Assembly (NCBI RefSeq): GCF_009914755.1
Contig: NC_060933.1
Direction: 5' to 3' (one strand)
Length of the DNA stretch: 64,000 nt
Source of the DNA: the human T2T-CHM13v2.0 reference genome, Homo sapiens
The notes under the pieces: model-generated
The model's database searches: none
Seen by the model: the letters and a program-made list of their open reading frames with translations, nothing else
Told to the model about the DNA's origin: nothing
Shown: piece after piece, positions 20,323 through 38,827 of the stretch
Numbering within the stretch: position 1 is the stretch's first letter
How the letters are laid out: the number at the start of each line of letters is the position of its first letter
Translations under genes and position numbers: made by a program

Positions 20323-20397
20323 TGAGAACGAGGGAGCCTGTGGGATGAGAACGAGGGAGGCTGTGGGATGAGAACGAGGGAGGCTATGGGATGAGAA
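20323..20397 (+). repeat. 23-bp minisatellite, about 3.3 copies
   Basis: TGAGAACGAGGGAG(C/G)CT(G/A)TGGGA at 20323, 20346 and 20369. Confidence 0.92.
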
Positions 20398-21120
20398 AGG
20401 CTCTCTGAGAGGAAAGTGTGCACATCACTGGGGCTGGGAGGTCAGAGGAAGGAGGGCACCTTTCTTCCCAAGGGTTTTGGGAAGCCATCGACAGGTACCA
20501 AGCAAGAATAGCAGGACCCAGTTCCTTGTAAAAAGACCACCTGTCCCTGTTGTAGGGAGAATGACTCAGAGAGGATGGGGTGAAGATGTTTGCACTTACC
20601 GTGACAGACACCCCGGTGGGAAGGACTTTTTTTTTTTTGAGACAGAGTCTCACTCTGTTGCCCAGGCTGGAGTGCAGCAGCACAATCACAGCTCACTGCA
20701 AACTCCTGGGCTCAGGTGATCCTCCCACCTCAGCCTCCTGAGTAGCTGGGACCACAGGTGCAAGCTACCATGCCTGACTAATTTTTGTATTTTTTGTAGA
20801 GATGGGGTCTCGCTATGTTGCCCAGGCTGGTCTCAAACTCCTGAGCTCAAGTGTTCCTGGGAGGGACATGTTTGGGGAAAGTGACCAAGGCTCCCATTTC
20901 AACTGTGCAGCTACTGGGCTGTCTAGGGAATAGCCAGAGGTGTCCTGGGTGTGGCCAGGTATGGGTCCTGGAGAAAGTTGGGGGCCTCTCACCCAGGGAG
21001 AGAGGGGAGAGAAAGAAGATCTGGAACTGAGCCTAGGAGCCTCTCAGGATTTTAAGTGGGGAGACGGGGAAGCAGCAGCAACCTAGGAGGCTGGTGGCAG
21101 GGAGGGAGGATACCATTTAG

Positions 21121-21492
<372 letters not shown>

Positions 21493-21688
21493 TAATTTTT
21501 GTATTTTTAGTGGAGATGGGGTTTCACCATGCTGGCCAGGCTGGTCTGGAATTCCTGACCTCAGGTGATCTGTCCCCCTCGGCCTCCCAAAGTGCTGGGA
21601 TTACAGGCGTGAGTCACCTCGCCCTGCCCATTGTGAGTTTAAATGGTCACAAAAGACATAATTTTTGCACTTTAAGATAACACTGTAG

Positions 21689-22097
<409 letters not shown>

Positions 22098-22415
22098 TCA
22101 GACACTTATGATCTTTTTTGTACTAGAACCCGTATTTCCATTCCACTCTCTCATCAAATGTCATGTTAATGAAATTTTTTTCTTCCCCTTTTTTTTTTTT
22201 TTGCCTAACAGTCTTATTGATCATGCTATCTTATTTCTCTGCAACAAAAATATGTATATACTACAAATGAAAACTTAACATAGGCCCGGTGCGGCCTAAA
22301 ACTATAAAACCTAATATAGTTTTTTTTTTTTTTTCTGGTGACCACAAAACCCTAGGTATTAAATATTTCTTTTGGATTATTTTTAGTATACAATTGCTCA
22401 AAATAACATAAATAG

Positions 22416-22544
<129 letters not shown>

Positions 22545-22744
22545 TGAGTAGCTGGGATTACAGGTGTGCACCCCTATGCCTGGCTAATTTTTGTATTTTT
22601 AGTAGAGACGGGATTTTGCCATGTTGGCCAGGCTGGTCTCAGACTCCTGATCTCAAGTGATCCGCCTGCCGAGGCCTTCCAAAGTGCTAGGATTACAGGC
22701 ATGAGCCACCACGCCTGGCCAAAATTTTTTTAAAAAGAAAAAAC

Positions 22745-23605
<861 letters not shown>

Positions 23606-24680
23606 ACTAACCATGGCACCAATCCACTTGTGTCTTGCAGGACATCGTGTGTATTTTGCTTGATGAATATCAGTTACTGAGTTTTGTAATTCCAGATCTA
23701 TCTAAACACCACTCATCAAATCCTGCCAGCACCCCGGTATAATCCTTAAAGACAACAAACATTTCCTTTGTGAGCTAAACTGTCTCTCCTGACTTGTGAA
23801 CTTCACAGGATGGTTGAGAGGGTCAAAGGAGGTGATAGTCCCAGCAAATGGTTCCTGTTGAACTCTTACTCTATGCGGTGCTAAGTGCTCCACGTGCATC
23901 AGCTCACTGGTACCCCAGCAACTCCAAGAAGGGACTGTTGTGATCCCCACTTTACAGTTAGGGAAACTGAGTCCCAGAAAGGTGGCATCACATTTCCAGA
24001 GCCACTCAGCTAGGAAGAAAGGGAACAAACCAGGTTGTGATTTATAATCCCAACCTCCTCTTCTCCCTCCCAACTCCTGATGCTGCAAAGCCTCTGGAGA
24101 CAGCAGAGCTGCCCCTTTGTCCCACGTGGCTGCGCCCTGATGAACACACCGGACTTGTCCAAGGCAGCCTCTTGGTCCTCAGGGTCAGCTGGAGAAGCAT
24201 TTCAATTAGACAGACAGCATGGCCCTGGGTGCCAGGCTGCTTGTTAGACGGCCCTTGGAGAGATGCCGGGACAGCCTGACTCTTTCGGGCAGTGGTGGTG
24301 ACATTCCTTGTGGTGGGACTTTCCTGCCTTAGGCCAGGCCTCTTCAGCCTGGGGTATGTGACCCTCTGAGGTAGGTGAAGACTTCCTAAGGGTGCATAAG
24401 AGTGGATCACTCTAAGGATCCTAATTCCAGAAACTCAACCTCTTTCTTCTTTCCTCCCTGGGTATGGCACCGGTGGCCCCAGCGGCCCCATGCTCCTTCT
24501 CATTTCCCCTTTCCCATTGGACTCTGGCTACTTGGAAAGGGGAAAAGTCACTTAGTAATTTCTTCCTATGGATATATGAAGTAAATGGAAAAAAAAAAGA
24601 GAACCCCAACCATCCTATTAAGAGATACATTTTCCATACACTTTTAGTTATTTAATTACTTATAAAAAGTTTGTGGGCTA

Positions 24681-25650
<970 letters not shown>

Positions 25651-26379
25651 TAGGGAGGAGAAGATCCCTCCCCACCCACAGGCCTCTGTGCATCCTGCAT
25701 TACAGCCTTGGCCCACCCTGGACATAAGCTGCCTGCTTGCTCATCTGTCTCCCTGACTAGTTACCTGGACCACGGCAACAGCCTCTTCACTGGCTCTCTG
25801 CCTTCCATTTCTTGTGAACCCAGCAGCCAGAATGATCTCTGATCTGACCATGTTGCTTCCTGTGTAAAACCCTCTGTGGCTCCCTATTACCCCCCAGAAC
25901 AGAGGCCAAACTCCTTACAACATTCGCAAGGACTTCACCTTCCAGTCTCTGCCTGATTCTTCATCCCTATCTCTCACCACCTTCCGCCATGTGGAATCCT
26001 TTCAGTTCTCCAAACTGACTGTTGTTTTCTGCCTAAAACACTCTACTCATTTTTTGCCTGGCCTAACTCCCTCAGTGCCCAGCTTAGACAAAAGCCTTCC
26101 CTGTACCACTGTCCGATACTTCTCTGCCCACTCAGCATTGAGTCTCACCCCTTTGTCGGCCTCCCCCATAGACCGTCAGCTCTGAGAGGGCAGGGGCCAA
26201 CTCCGTCCCCTCCTCTGCTGTCGTTCCTGGCATCCAGCAAGGGGCCTGCCACCTAGCGTGCTGAATGAAAGAATGGACCTCGGGATTTCAGTGTGGAAGC
26301 CTGGGCAGGTCTGTCTTGGGGCCGCTGCATCCCCAGTGCTCAGTCTAGGGCGCAGCACGGAGAGTTCGCAACTGTTTCA

Positions 26380-27565
<1,186 letters not shown>

Positions 27566-27579
27566 GAAAAAATTTTTTT

Positions 27580-28340
27580 AAAAGAAAAGGGAAACAAAAC
27601 AGTCTCCTACACCTTCGGACCACTCCCAAGAACGATGGCACCGCCCTCCTCTCCGCCCCTCACCAACATGGCCGCCCCCAAGGGAGTGGGCGGGTCTGCG
27701 GGGCGGAAGTGACGCACGAGAGGAAGTCCGTCCTGCCGCTTGGCCGCGGGGCGCCTGGCTCAGTGGCTTCTGCGGGCTTCGAGGAGCGGGATGTTGCGGG
27801 CTGGGTGGCTCCGGGGCGCGGCGGCGCTGGCGCTGCTGCTGGCGGCCCGAGTGGTGGCGGCGTTCGAGCCCATCACCGTGGGCCTAGCCATCGGGGCCGC
27901 GTCGGCCATCACCGGCTACCTGTCCTACAATGACATCTACTGCCGCTTCGCCGAGTGCTGCCGCGAGGAGCGGCCGCTCAACGCTTCGGGTACGGCGCGC
28001 GCGCGAGCTGTGGGTCGGCGCTGCGGGGGGCGCGGGGGCGCGGGGGCGCGGAGGGACGGCCTCGTGGGCGCCTGGCACGGACCGGGCCCGTGGCATCTAG
28101 ACGGCGGTGGTCCCAGCTGGGGTGGGCGGGGAGCGGATGGGGCGGCCCCGGAACCGTTCGCGGGAACGCAGAAGCGGTGCCTTCGCAAACAGTCTCCAGA
28201 TCGTGGGGCTGCCCCAGCGCCTTTCTAAAGCTCCCGTTCCTTGGGATCACAGGTGGAAGAAACGGAAAGTAGGCGGGCGGCCCTTCTGCGCCCTGCCAAC
28301 CCTATTAAGTAGTTTTCAGACGTGCTGCGTCGCCCAGAAA
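27580..28340 (+). promoter_or_regulatory. TOR1B CpG-island promoter
   Basis: High CpG density, no TATA box seen. YY1-like AACATGGCCGCC 27665-27676; overlapping ETS/half-CRE GCGGAAGTGACG 27703-27714; IRF-like GAAAAGGGAAAC 27584-27595. Confidence 0.85.
27791..27989 (+). CDS. TOR1B: Torsin-1B exon 1 (signal peptide and hydrophobic N-terminal segment)
   Basis: ATG at 27791, MLRAGWLRGAAALALLLAARVVAAFEPITVGLAIG...CCREERPLNAS; donor G|GTACGG at 27990; 199 nt. The five exons sum to 1011 nt = 336 aa + stop. Confidence 0.97.
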
Positions 28341-28650
28341 GCCCACATTTGGCCCCTGGTTTTCCTGCAGGTCAGCAAGGGTGGCTGGGATTAGCAAGCG
28401 CTCAGTCAAGCGATGGTTCATCTCTGAATGAATGAACATTTAGCTTCCTTATCAGACCCCGAAGCGTTAAGGACCTCCACATAATCTTGAAAGTGGCATC
28501 GTTTGACTGCCTCGGCCCTAGGGTGTGGCAGACACCCTGCTGTGTCCCTGGATAATCTGTGCTTCTTGCTTTGGCCAGCTAAGAAAGTGCTGCGTTGCTG
28601 ATGCATTTTTAAGGTCTGTTTCTCTCTTTGTTCTGGGGCTGTTCTTGCAG

Positions 28651-28916
28651 CTCTCAAGCTGGATTTGGAGGAGAAGCTGTTTGGACAGCATCTAGCCACG
28701 GAAGTGATTTTCAAGGCGCTGACTGGCTTCAGGAACAACAAAAATCCCAAGAAACCACTGACCCTTTCCTTACACGGCTGGGCTGGCACAGGCAAGAATT
28801 TTGTCAGTCAAATTGTGGCTGAAAATCTTCACCCAAAAGGTCTGAAGAGTAACTTTGTCCACCTGTTTGTATCGACTCTGCACTTCCCTCATGAGCAGAA
28901 GATAAAACTGTACCAG
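28651..28916 (+). CDS. TOR1B: Torsin-1B exon 2 (Walker A GWAGTGKN)
   Basis: Acceptor ttgcag|, 266 nt, LKLDLEEKLFGQHLA...KIKLYQ; non-canonical donor CAG|GCAAGA. Confidence 0.96.
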
Positions 28917-29219
28917 GCAAGAGAACCCGCTATTATCTCGTCTGCAGGCCAGTCGGACTGGTCCGGGTGACCTGCTCACTAACTCTGGCCTCTGCTTCTC
29001 TTTCCTTTGTGTTGCTGTAGCCCCCGGCTCCACTGAGTTAAGGCACACTTAGTCCAGGTAGTTACAAAGCTCTCCTACAACATTTCTCTTACTTGGTTCC
29101 AAAACAGTCCAGTGGGGTAGGGGATGTTATTTCCATTAAAAGATGGGGAGCCAAGGGCCTGGCGCCGTGGCTCACGCCTGTAATCCCAGCATTTTGGGGA
29201 AGCCGAGGCGGGCGGATCA

Positions 29220-29450
<231 letters not shown>

Positions 29451-29528
29451 TCACGCCTGTAATCCCAGCACTTTCGGAGGCCGAGGGGGGCGGATCACGA
29501 GGTCAGGAGATGGAGACCATCCTGGCTA

Positions 29529-29744
<216 letters not shown>

Positions 29745-30460
29745 TCAGGGCCAGGTGCAGTGGCTCACGCCTGTAATCCCAGCACTTTGGGATCCGCCAA
29801 GGCGGGCGGATCACCTGAGGTCGGGAGTTCGAGACCAGCCTGACCAACATGGAGAAACCCCGTCTCTACTGAAAATACAAAATTAGCCGGGCGTGATGGC
29901 GTGCGCCTGTAATTCAAGCTACTTGGGAGGCTGAGGTTGCAGTCAGCTGAGAATGGGCCACTGCACCCCAGCCTGGGCAACAGAATGAGACTCTGTCTCA
30001 AAAAAAAAGAAAAAAAAAAAAGATGGAGCCTGGAGCCCAGAGGCAAGGTGACTTACTCCTACAATCTTTGTAGCAGAACAGGACCTTTGTAGCAGAACCA
30101 AAACCTCCCAACTCCCAGTTGACATGGTAGCCACCTTCTCTGGTGAGTGAAGGGATTCCACATCCCCAGCAGTGCAGTTGGTGAGAAGGGGCAGTCAGTC
30201 TTCAAGGATTTGCTCCGGTGTGGCTTCATTCAATGCTGCCCACCTCTGGTGCAGCCTCAGCTTTGCCTCTGCTCTTTGCAATGTAGCCTAGAGGTCTTTT
30301 TTCTCCTTAACAGGTTTTATTCCCTTTGTTCCTCCCATCCTTCATGTCCTTGGCATTGCTTTCTTCAAAGGAAGCCTCAAAGAACTGAACCTTGAGACTG
30401 TTTCTCCTTTTGAGATATTGTTTCCACATTCATTTTATATTAAGTTGTCTAGGAGGGTTA

Positions 30461-30691
<231 letters not shown>

Positions 30692-31309
30692 CTATCTCAA
30701 AAAAAAAAAAAAAAAAATTCCTCCTGTTAGGTGGGGACTGAAGAAAGAAATAGAAACTTAACTGAACAAGGAAGTAGAAGTGTTTGCCCAACAAACTGAC
30801 GTGAGACAGGGAAGACTGCTAAAAAGGAAGGAAGGAAGGATTTTCTTGTTCTTTACATTCTTCATAAATCTCCGGAAACAGAGTAATATAAATGGTTGAG
30901 GGCATGTCTGGGGGAGTTTCCTGGTATAGCCTTTCACGCTTTGGGGTTGAGGGCTTGTTGCTTGAGTGTCTTTATGTTTGTTTGAAGAAAACATCTGGAA
31001 CAGATGCTTTTCATGAAATGTCATTGAGTCAGCTCTGTTGGTCTGGGGCACTGTGTACTGTGCAGGTCTTGATCTAGTTCCTTATTCCTCAGTATGTCTG
31101 ATAGTACTAACTTGAGATTGTAGTCCAAGAGAGATGAAAACTATGGCTACGTTAGCAGTGAATGATATTCACGGATCTTGCCGGGTGGCTCATTCCTGTA
31201 ATCTCAGCACTTTGGGAGGGTGAGGTGGGTGGATCACCTGAGGTCAGGAGTTTGAGACGAGCCTGGCCAACATGGCACAACCCTGTCTCTACTAAAAATA
31301 CAAAAATTA

Positions 31310-31489
<180 letters not shown>

Positions 31490-31766
31490 TCACGGATCTT
31501 GTACCTCTTATACCTTTAAAAAGTCAGATTTAATAGTCATTTGAGTTAGGAAAAAACTTCTCTGCATTTTAGCATCTATCTCTGCCAATTTCCACTTTTT
31601 AGAGATAAGGTTTTAGAAAAGCTGCTACCTAGCGAGTGGGGGTGAGGGTGCCATTCTAAGAGCTCTGACCTCGTCCTTCAGTGCATGAGGAGCAGATGGA
31701 GCCTGCGCGCCTCTTGGTGCACCCTTTGAGCTTCGCATCCTGTTTCTTCTTTCATGGTTGGTCCAG

Positions 31767-31942
31767 GACCAGTTACAGAAGTGGATCCGCGGTAATGTGA
31801 GTGCATGTGCGAACTCTGTTTTCATATTTGACGAGATGGATAAATTGCACCCCGGGATCATTGACGCAATCAAGCCGTTTCTAGACTACTACGAGCAGGT
31901 TGACGGAGTGTCTTACCGCAAAGCCATCTTCATCTTTCTCAG
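31767..31942 (+). CDS. TOR1B: Torsin-1B exon 3 (Walker B FIFDEMDK)
   Basis: gtccag|GACCAG ... CTCAG|gtcagc; 176 nt; in phase with its neighbours. Confidence 0.97.
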
Positions 31943-32130
31943 GTCAGCGGGAGGCGGTTTTTTGGGGCACACAAGCCCTTCATTCTCTCAATGATAAAAT
32001 GAGGTCCTGAGGACCATCAGCACTTTGTTTACCAGGACGAAAGTGCCTGCTTGGCACAAGGCACTTACCTACTGCTTTACTTTTCCTTTGCCAGTCTCAG
32101 CATGGCACACAGTGTGGGTTGTGGAAATGA

Positions 32131-32466
<336 letters not shown>

Positions 32467-32967
32467 TTAGCTGGGCATCGTGGCATGTGCCTGGAGTCCC
32501 AGCTCCTGGGGAAGTCGAGGCAGGAGGATTGGTTGAGCCCAGGAGTTCAAGGTTTTATTGAGCTATGATCATACCACTGCACTCCTGCCTGGGTGACAAT
32601 CAAGACCCCGACCCTAAAAATGAAACAGAAATGAAAACAGTTAATTTTATTAACTGTGCATGTTGGTTTTTAGGGTTATAAAGGGCCATAGCATTATCCC
32701 AGCTAGTTGTGAATAAACACTTTAAGTTCCATGAGAGCACACTTTTTTGTCTAGTAGCACTCAGTAAATATTCCTTGATGAAAAATAGATCTTCGGCCGG
32801 GTGTGGTGGCTCACACCTGTAATCCTAGCACTTTGGGAGGCCAAGGTGGGCAGATCACTTGAGGTCAGGATTTCAAGACCAGGCTGGCCAACATGGTGAA
32901 ACCCCGTGTCTACTAAAAATACAAAAATTAGAAGGGGCGTCGTGGCAGGCGCCTGTAATCCCAGCTA

Positions 32968-33096
<129 letters not shown>

Positions 33097-33110
33097 TCAT
33101 TTCTTGGTAA

Positions 33111-33673
<563 letters not shown>

Positions 33674-33920
33674 TGAGTGTTTCACAAAGCCACAGGATCC
33701 CACTGGATTTCCTCACTTTGCTAAAGTCAGGAATTTTCTTAGGGCATACTGTGCTAGAAACCAGTGAGTGAGTGTCCAGCTGAGTCCTGCATGGGCTTGT
33801 TGCACACTGACAAGAGACTCTCTCAAGGGGTACGGACATGAGGAATGTGCTGAGGGTCGGGACTGGAGCTTGGCCAGGTGGCGGTGGTGGCAGGAAACCC
33901 AGCTGTGTCTTGTTCTGCAG

Positions 33921-34162
33921 GTGGCCTGTGGCACAGTGGACTGATCGACAAAAACCTCATTGATTACTTTATCCCCTTCCTGCCTTTGGAGTACAGACAT
34001 GTGAAAATGTGTGTGAGGGCCGAGATGAGGGCCCGTGGTTCTGCCATAGATGAAGACATTGTCACAAGAGTGGCAGAGGAAATGACGTTTTTCCCCAGAG
34101 ACGAGAAAATCTACTCAGACAAGGGCTGCAAGACTGTGCAGTCGCGGCTGGATTTCCACTGA
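33921..34162 (+). CDS. TOR1B: Torsin-1B exon 5 coding part (sensor-2 GCK motif, stop)
   Basis: ctgcag|GTGGCCTG; [24 protein letters not shown]...[14 protein letters not shown]; TGA ends at 34162. Confidence 0.97.
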
Positions 34163-34289
34163 GCTCCTATCCAGATGGGGTAGGAGACAGCTGGGAGGCT
34201 CCGCACGCCAGAGGCCTTGCCTTTCAGAAGAACCCTGAAGACCGCTTTGGGGTTTTGCCTGTTTGCACCTTAGACTTTTGGGTATAGAA

Positions 34290-34445
34290 TCTTTTTTTTG
34301 AGAAGAGGTCTCACTCCGTCATCCAAGCTGGAGTGCAGTGGTGCAATCCTCAACTCACTGCAACCTCCGCTCCCGGTTTGAGTGATTCTCATGCCTCAGC
34401 CTCCCGAGTAGCTGGGATTACAGGCATGAGCCACTGTGCCCAGCT
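34290..34445 (-). mobile_element. Monomer-length antisense Alu in the TOR1B 3'UTR
   Basis: Right-arm sequence fused to an Alu 5' end through GCTGGGATTACAGGC; flanked by a TATAGAATCT direct repeat. Confidence 0.8.
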
Positions 34446-35838
34446 GGGATATAGAATCTAAGAGTTGATTGTGGAAAACACGTGAATCTATTGCGCGCAT
34501 TTGTCATTTAGCAAGATGGCAGCAGTCCAGCTGTTCTTTGCAGCTGGAGATGAACTTTTAAAAATCCCCTTCACACTTAATGTACTGACCGAGACAGAAG
34601 TACCTGAAAACAGCTGTGCATGGCAGGCCCGGCAATAGCTTCTGACCCACAGCACCCGCGCCTCAGAAGCTACGGTCACAACTAAAGGAGTCCAGGGACT
34701 TGCTGCAGGCTGGGGGGCACTGGGTGGTTCTCACCAGCAGGCTGCGGGGCACTGTGTTCTCATTGGCCAAAAACATCCTTTTGCTCTGTCTCGTTCTTTA
34801 CACAGAGTTCACTGACTTGAAGTATACTCAGTTAAAATCGGGGCTGGAGGTGCAGACGGTGTCTGACCGGAGGATGTGGCCGTGCCCGCCGAGCACTCTT
34901 GATCTGAGCTGACCTGTGTGTGTGTGTGGGGGGGGGTGGGGCCTTCACCTAAGACCTCTGCAGCAGACCTGGACAGACAGGCCCCTCCCGCCTGTCCATC
35001 GCTCTAGCTGCTAATACAGCCCTGGCTGTGGAATCCTTCACCGTCTCAGCTGGTATCAGCCCCAGCCTGCCTTGTGCCATATCTCAGCTTGGATCTCTGC
35101 TAGAGTCCCCCCAACCATATATCATAGAGTTGAATCACAATGAGACCGTTGGCTTTGAATTTGAGTCGTTGGTTCCCATGGTGAGATGCTTGTTAAGACT
35201 TTATACTTGGGTCAATCTCTCACTTTATTTTGTAGAACCATTTGAAATCCTAGGATGTGCTTGTTCTGGAAGGATGACATGGGCCCAGACTGAACAAGTC
35301 AGCTTGATGATCTTAAATGATGGAAGTATAGGACGTTGCTTATTTTAAAACAAGGGAAGGACACAAAATGGAATGACTGCTTAGTCCTTTCTCAGATACT
35401 CTTAAAACAATTTTTTATTGTTAAATTTGTGGTAATACATGGTCACAACCGTGGATCAAACAAGGTCAGTCTAAAGTGGCAGGTCCTAGGTGTGACCTGA
35501 TACCACCACCCTTTGTGGCAGCACCGGGCTGGACTGCCCTGATCCCTGGGACGTGAGACTTAGCTTCCAGCCAGTGTGAATCATTGTATCTGTCTCATAA
35601 TCACAGCACAGCTGCAGACACAACAACGTGCAGCATTTTTTACATAAAAATATGGTAGAATTAATTTATGACATGGAAATGCCTTACGTGGTATCACACT
35701 TAGTCTTGAAAAAAACACCAAGGTGACGTTTAAAATTTTTAGTACATATCCTCAAATTGGAGCTAAGTTATACTTCTTTTATAACCTTTTGGGCATCTGG
35801 TCGAGAGAAGACAAGATTTTCTCTATTTACAGTGAGGC

Positions 35839-35844
35839 AATAAA
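35839..35844 (+). terminator. TOR1B: TOR1B polyadenylation signal AATAAA
   Basis: AATAAA about 1.7 kb past the stop codon, followed by T/GT-rich sequence. Confidence 0.75.
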
Positions 35845-36443
35845 TATGTTTGCCACCTTTGGACTGCCGTTACTGATTTGTAACTTGAAAAGGCTATGGT
35901 TGATCATGACCCCGCCTCCCCCACCTCCCTTATAAGATGTGGACGAGAGCTTTATTGACCTACTGACTATAAAATAGTAAATTCTAGATTTTATCATGTG
36001 AAATGCCACTTGCTAACTTTTTCTAGTTTATTTGGTTCCAAAGTTCAGAATGAATTTCAGCAGCACAGCTGTGAGACTCACCATATCCGGGACAGGCGGG
36101 TGGGCAGTCAGCGCGATACAGAAGCAATATTTACCTTAAAGGCTCTTCCCCAGACAAATAGAAGTTAAATTAGCTGATGGATATTTCATCAAAGAGATGG
36201 ACTTTCTCCCAAAATTAACGTGGGAGGAAATTGAGGTACTGGTAAAGTAAAACTCACCTCTGACAGCCTGAACCTGAGCTCAGGTGAGGAAACCTAACCA
36301 TTGAAACTGGTAAATAAATCCTGGCCGGGTGCGGTGGCTCACACCTGTAATTCCAGCACTTTGGGAGGCCGAGGTGGGTGGGTCACCTGAGGTGGGGAGT
36401 TTGAGACCAGCCTGACCAACATGGAGAAACCCCATCTCTACTA

Positions 36444-36634
<191 letters not shown>

Positions 36635-37535
36635 TCAGCTTAATTACACATAATCCAGTATTGTCTCATCAGTGAATTGCTAACACCCACCCTCTTCACA
36701 GGATTAAGGATTAGCAGATTTACTAGAAAGCACAAACCCTCATCACCATCACCCCACCCACTCCCTTATTTTCTCAGCTGAAGTTACTCAATTCCCAGGA
36801 GACTGACTTTCTAGGTCTGGTTCTCAGTCTTAACGCAGTTCCTATTCTACCTACACTGCCTCATCTACTAAGACTGAACCTTCCAAAACTGTCAGGGGAC
36901 CCGTGTTCTCTAACTAGGGACTTCTGGTGCCTGGGCCACACTCTTCAAAGGAATGATTAGACCTAATCTGTGACTCCCAGGGACATAGCAGGCTGGCTGC
37001 AGCTCAATACCAAGAACTTTCTAACGCTTGGAGCCATCTTTAGGTGCCCTGGGCTGCCCTAGGGGGACCCCATGCAGGCTGGGAAGCCATAAGGCAGAGG
37101 GTTCCTGCGTTAGACCTGCAGTCGAGGCCACAAACTCGTCTTCTGTGCCTACTAGAAGTGGCCCCTGCAGTGCTCTCTGCAGCAGCCGCACCCATGGGAG
37201 CACTGCCCACGTGCTGGGACACAGGCATGTTGGATAAAATAAGGTGTGCTTACCTTAGTCTACGGCACTGTTCCTGCTGGCATCTCAGCTGTACTTGAAC
37301 TCCGTGGCTGGGTGTCAGGAGCTCCAAGAACCCCACAATGGAGGGCGACTTCCCAGACCACTGGGCGAGGGGACAGAGCCATCCTAGGATCCTCAGATCC
37401 CTGTGTGAGACTTCGTTTCTTTCCAACCTGGATTGTTCTGCTAGGTCTTCACTCGCAGCCTTACCTCATAAGGTCTACAGTGGAGGGGCGCTTCTCCCTC
37501 TTCAAAAACGTACTCACCAATGGCACATGCAAAAT

Positions 37536-37541
37536 TTTATT
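37536..37541 (-). terminator. TOR1A: TOR1A polyadenylation signal AATAAA
   Basis: tttatt on the + strand, about 1.0 kb downstream of the TOR1A stop. Confidence 0.75.
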
Positions 37542-38550
37542 GTAAAACGGTAGCCATTTGCATTTATAAAGAAAGACACCGTTCTCAGCATCCTCAGAAG
37601 GGGCAGCTAAGCTTTATAGGAGGTTTCGGGGATTCTGATTGAACGTAACAAATAATAGTATAAATGAGGAAGATTTAATATGGCAAAATTCACATAATTT
37701 AGAATCCAGCAGAGAGCACGTGTGGGCTATTTGGAATGGACAGTGAAGGGCCACCTTTTGCAAAACGGAGTGACTGGCAAGTGACAAGTTGGAAATACTT
37801 TTCTTTCAAAAGACTGGTTCTAACAAATGTTGACAGTGTGGCCAAAATCACTCCCACAGCTCCCATTGTTGCTAAGGTGAAAACCCTTGGAGAGGCTGTT
37901 TCAGGCTTATCTGTGGTGCCTGAAGGCGTCCTCTTACCTACTTGTCCTTCACCTAAACACTTCACTGCCCCTGGCAGCATCCGCTGGGACCATCCTGGGA
38001 CAGAGCTGGCTCATGCTCCAGCCACATCCCCAGGGATGCCCTCCTGTGGAACAAATGCCATGCATGTGTGCTTGGGCTCATTTCCAGTAAAGATACATCA
38101 CAGTCTATGTAATAATGATGAGAACTTAAAAAAAAACACACACACAAGGCCAACAACTTAGAATCTGAGCAGTCTCTCATAATGTTAAAAATCATTTTAA
38201 ATAAAGTTACCACATTTTCAATAAAACTTATTCATCCTTCCTTGAAACAGAAACACTTGGAATTAAAACATAATTTGTAAAAAATCATGAGCCCTGCGAT
38301 GAGTGGGCTGGGAGCTGGCTCCTTCCTTCTGTGCGTGTTCGGGAGGCTTCACGTCCTCGCCCGTGGTCCCTGGGTGGCCTGCAGGCACCAGGGGGTGGAA
38401 ACAATGCCAGGGAGAATTCCTGTCACATCAAACAGGAACATTCACTGGATTCCTCTTCCAGGGAAAGGAGCTGGGGGTGGAAGTGTGGAAGGACTGAGTG
38501 TTGTTTCTTTTCCAACTCCAGGCAGTGACTCCGGCTGCCAATCATGACTG

Positions 38551-38826
<276 letters not shown>

Positions 38827-38827
38827 T

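Noticed and set aside
27740-27790. N-terminal extension of TOR1B implied by the ORF track
   Set aside because: The track starts at a TTG; the ATG at 27791 gives the expected signal peptide and 336-aa length.
30066-30098. 19-bp-period duplication of CTTTGTAGCAGAAC
   Set aside because: A two-copy local slippage in TOR1B intron 2 with no sign of function.
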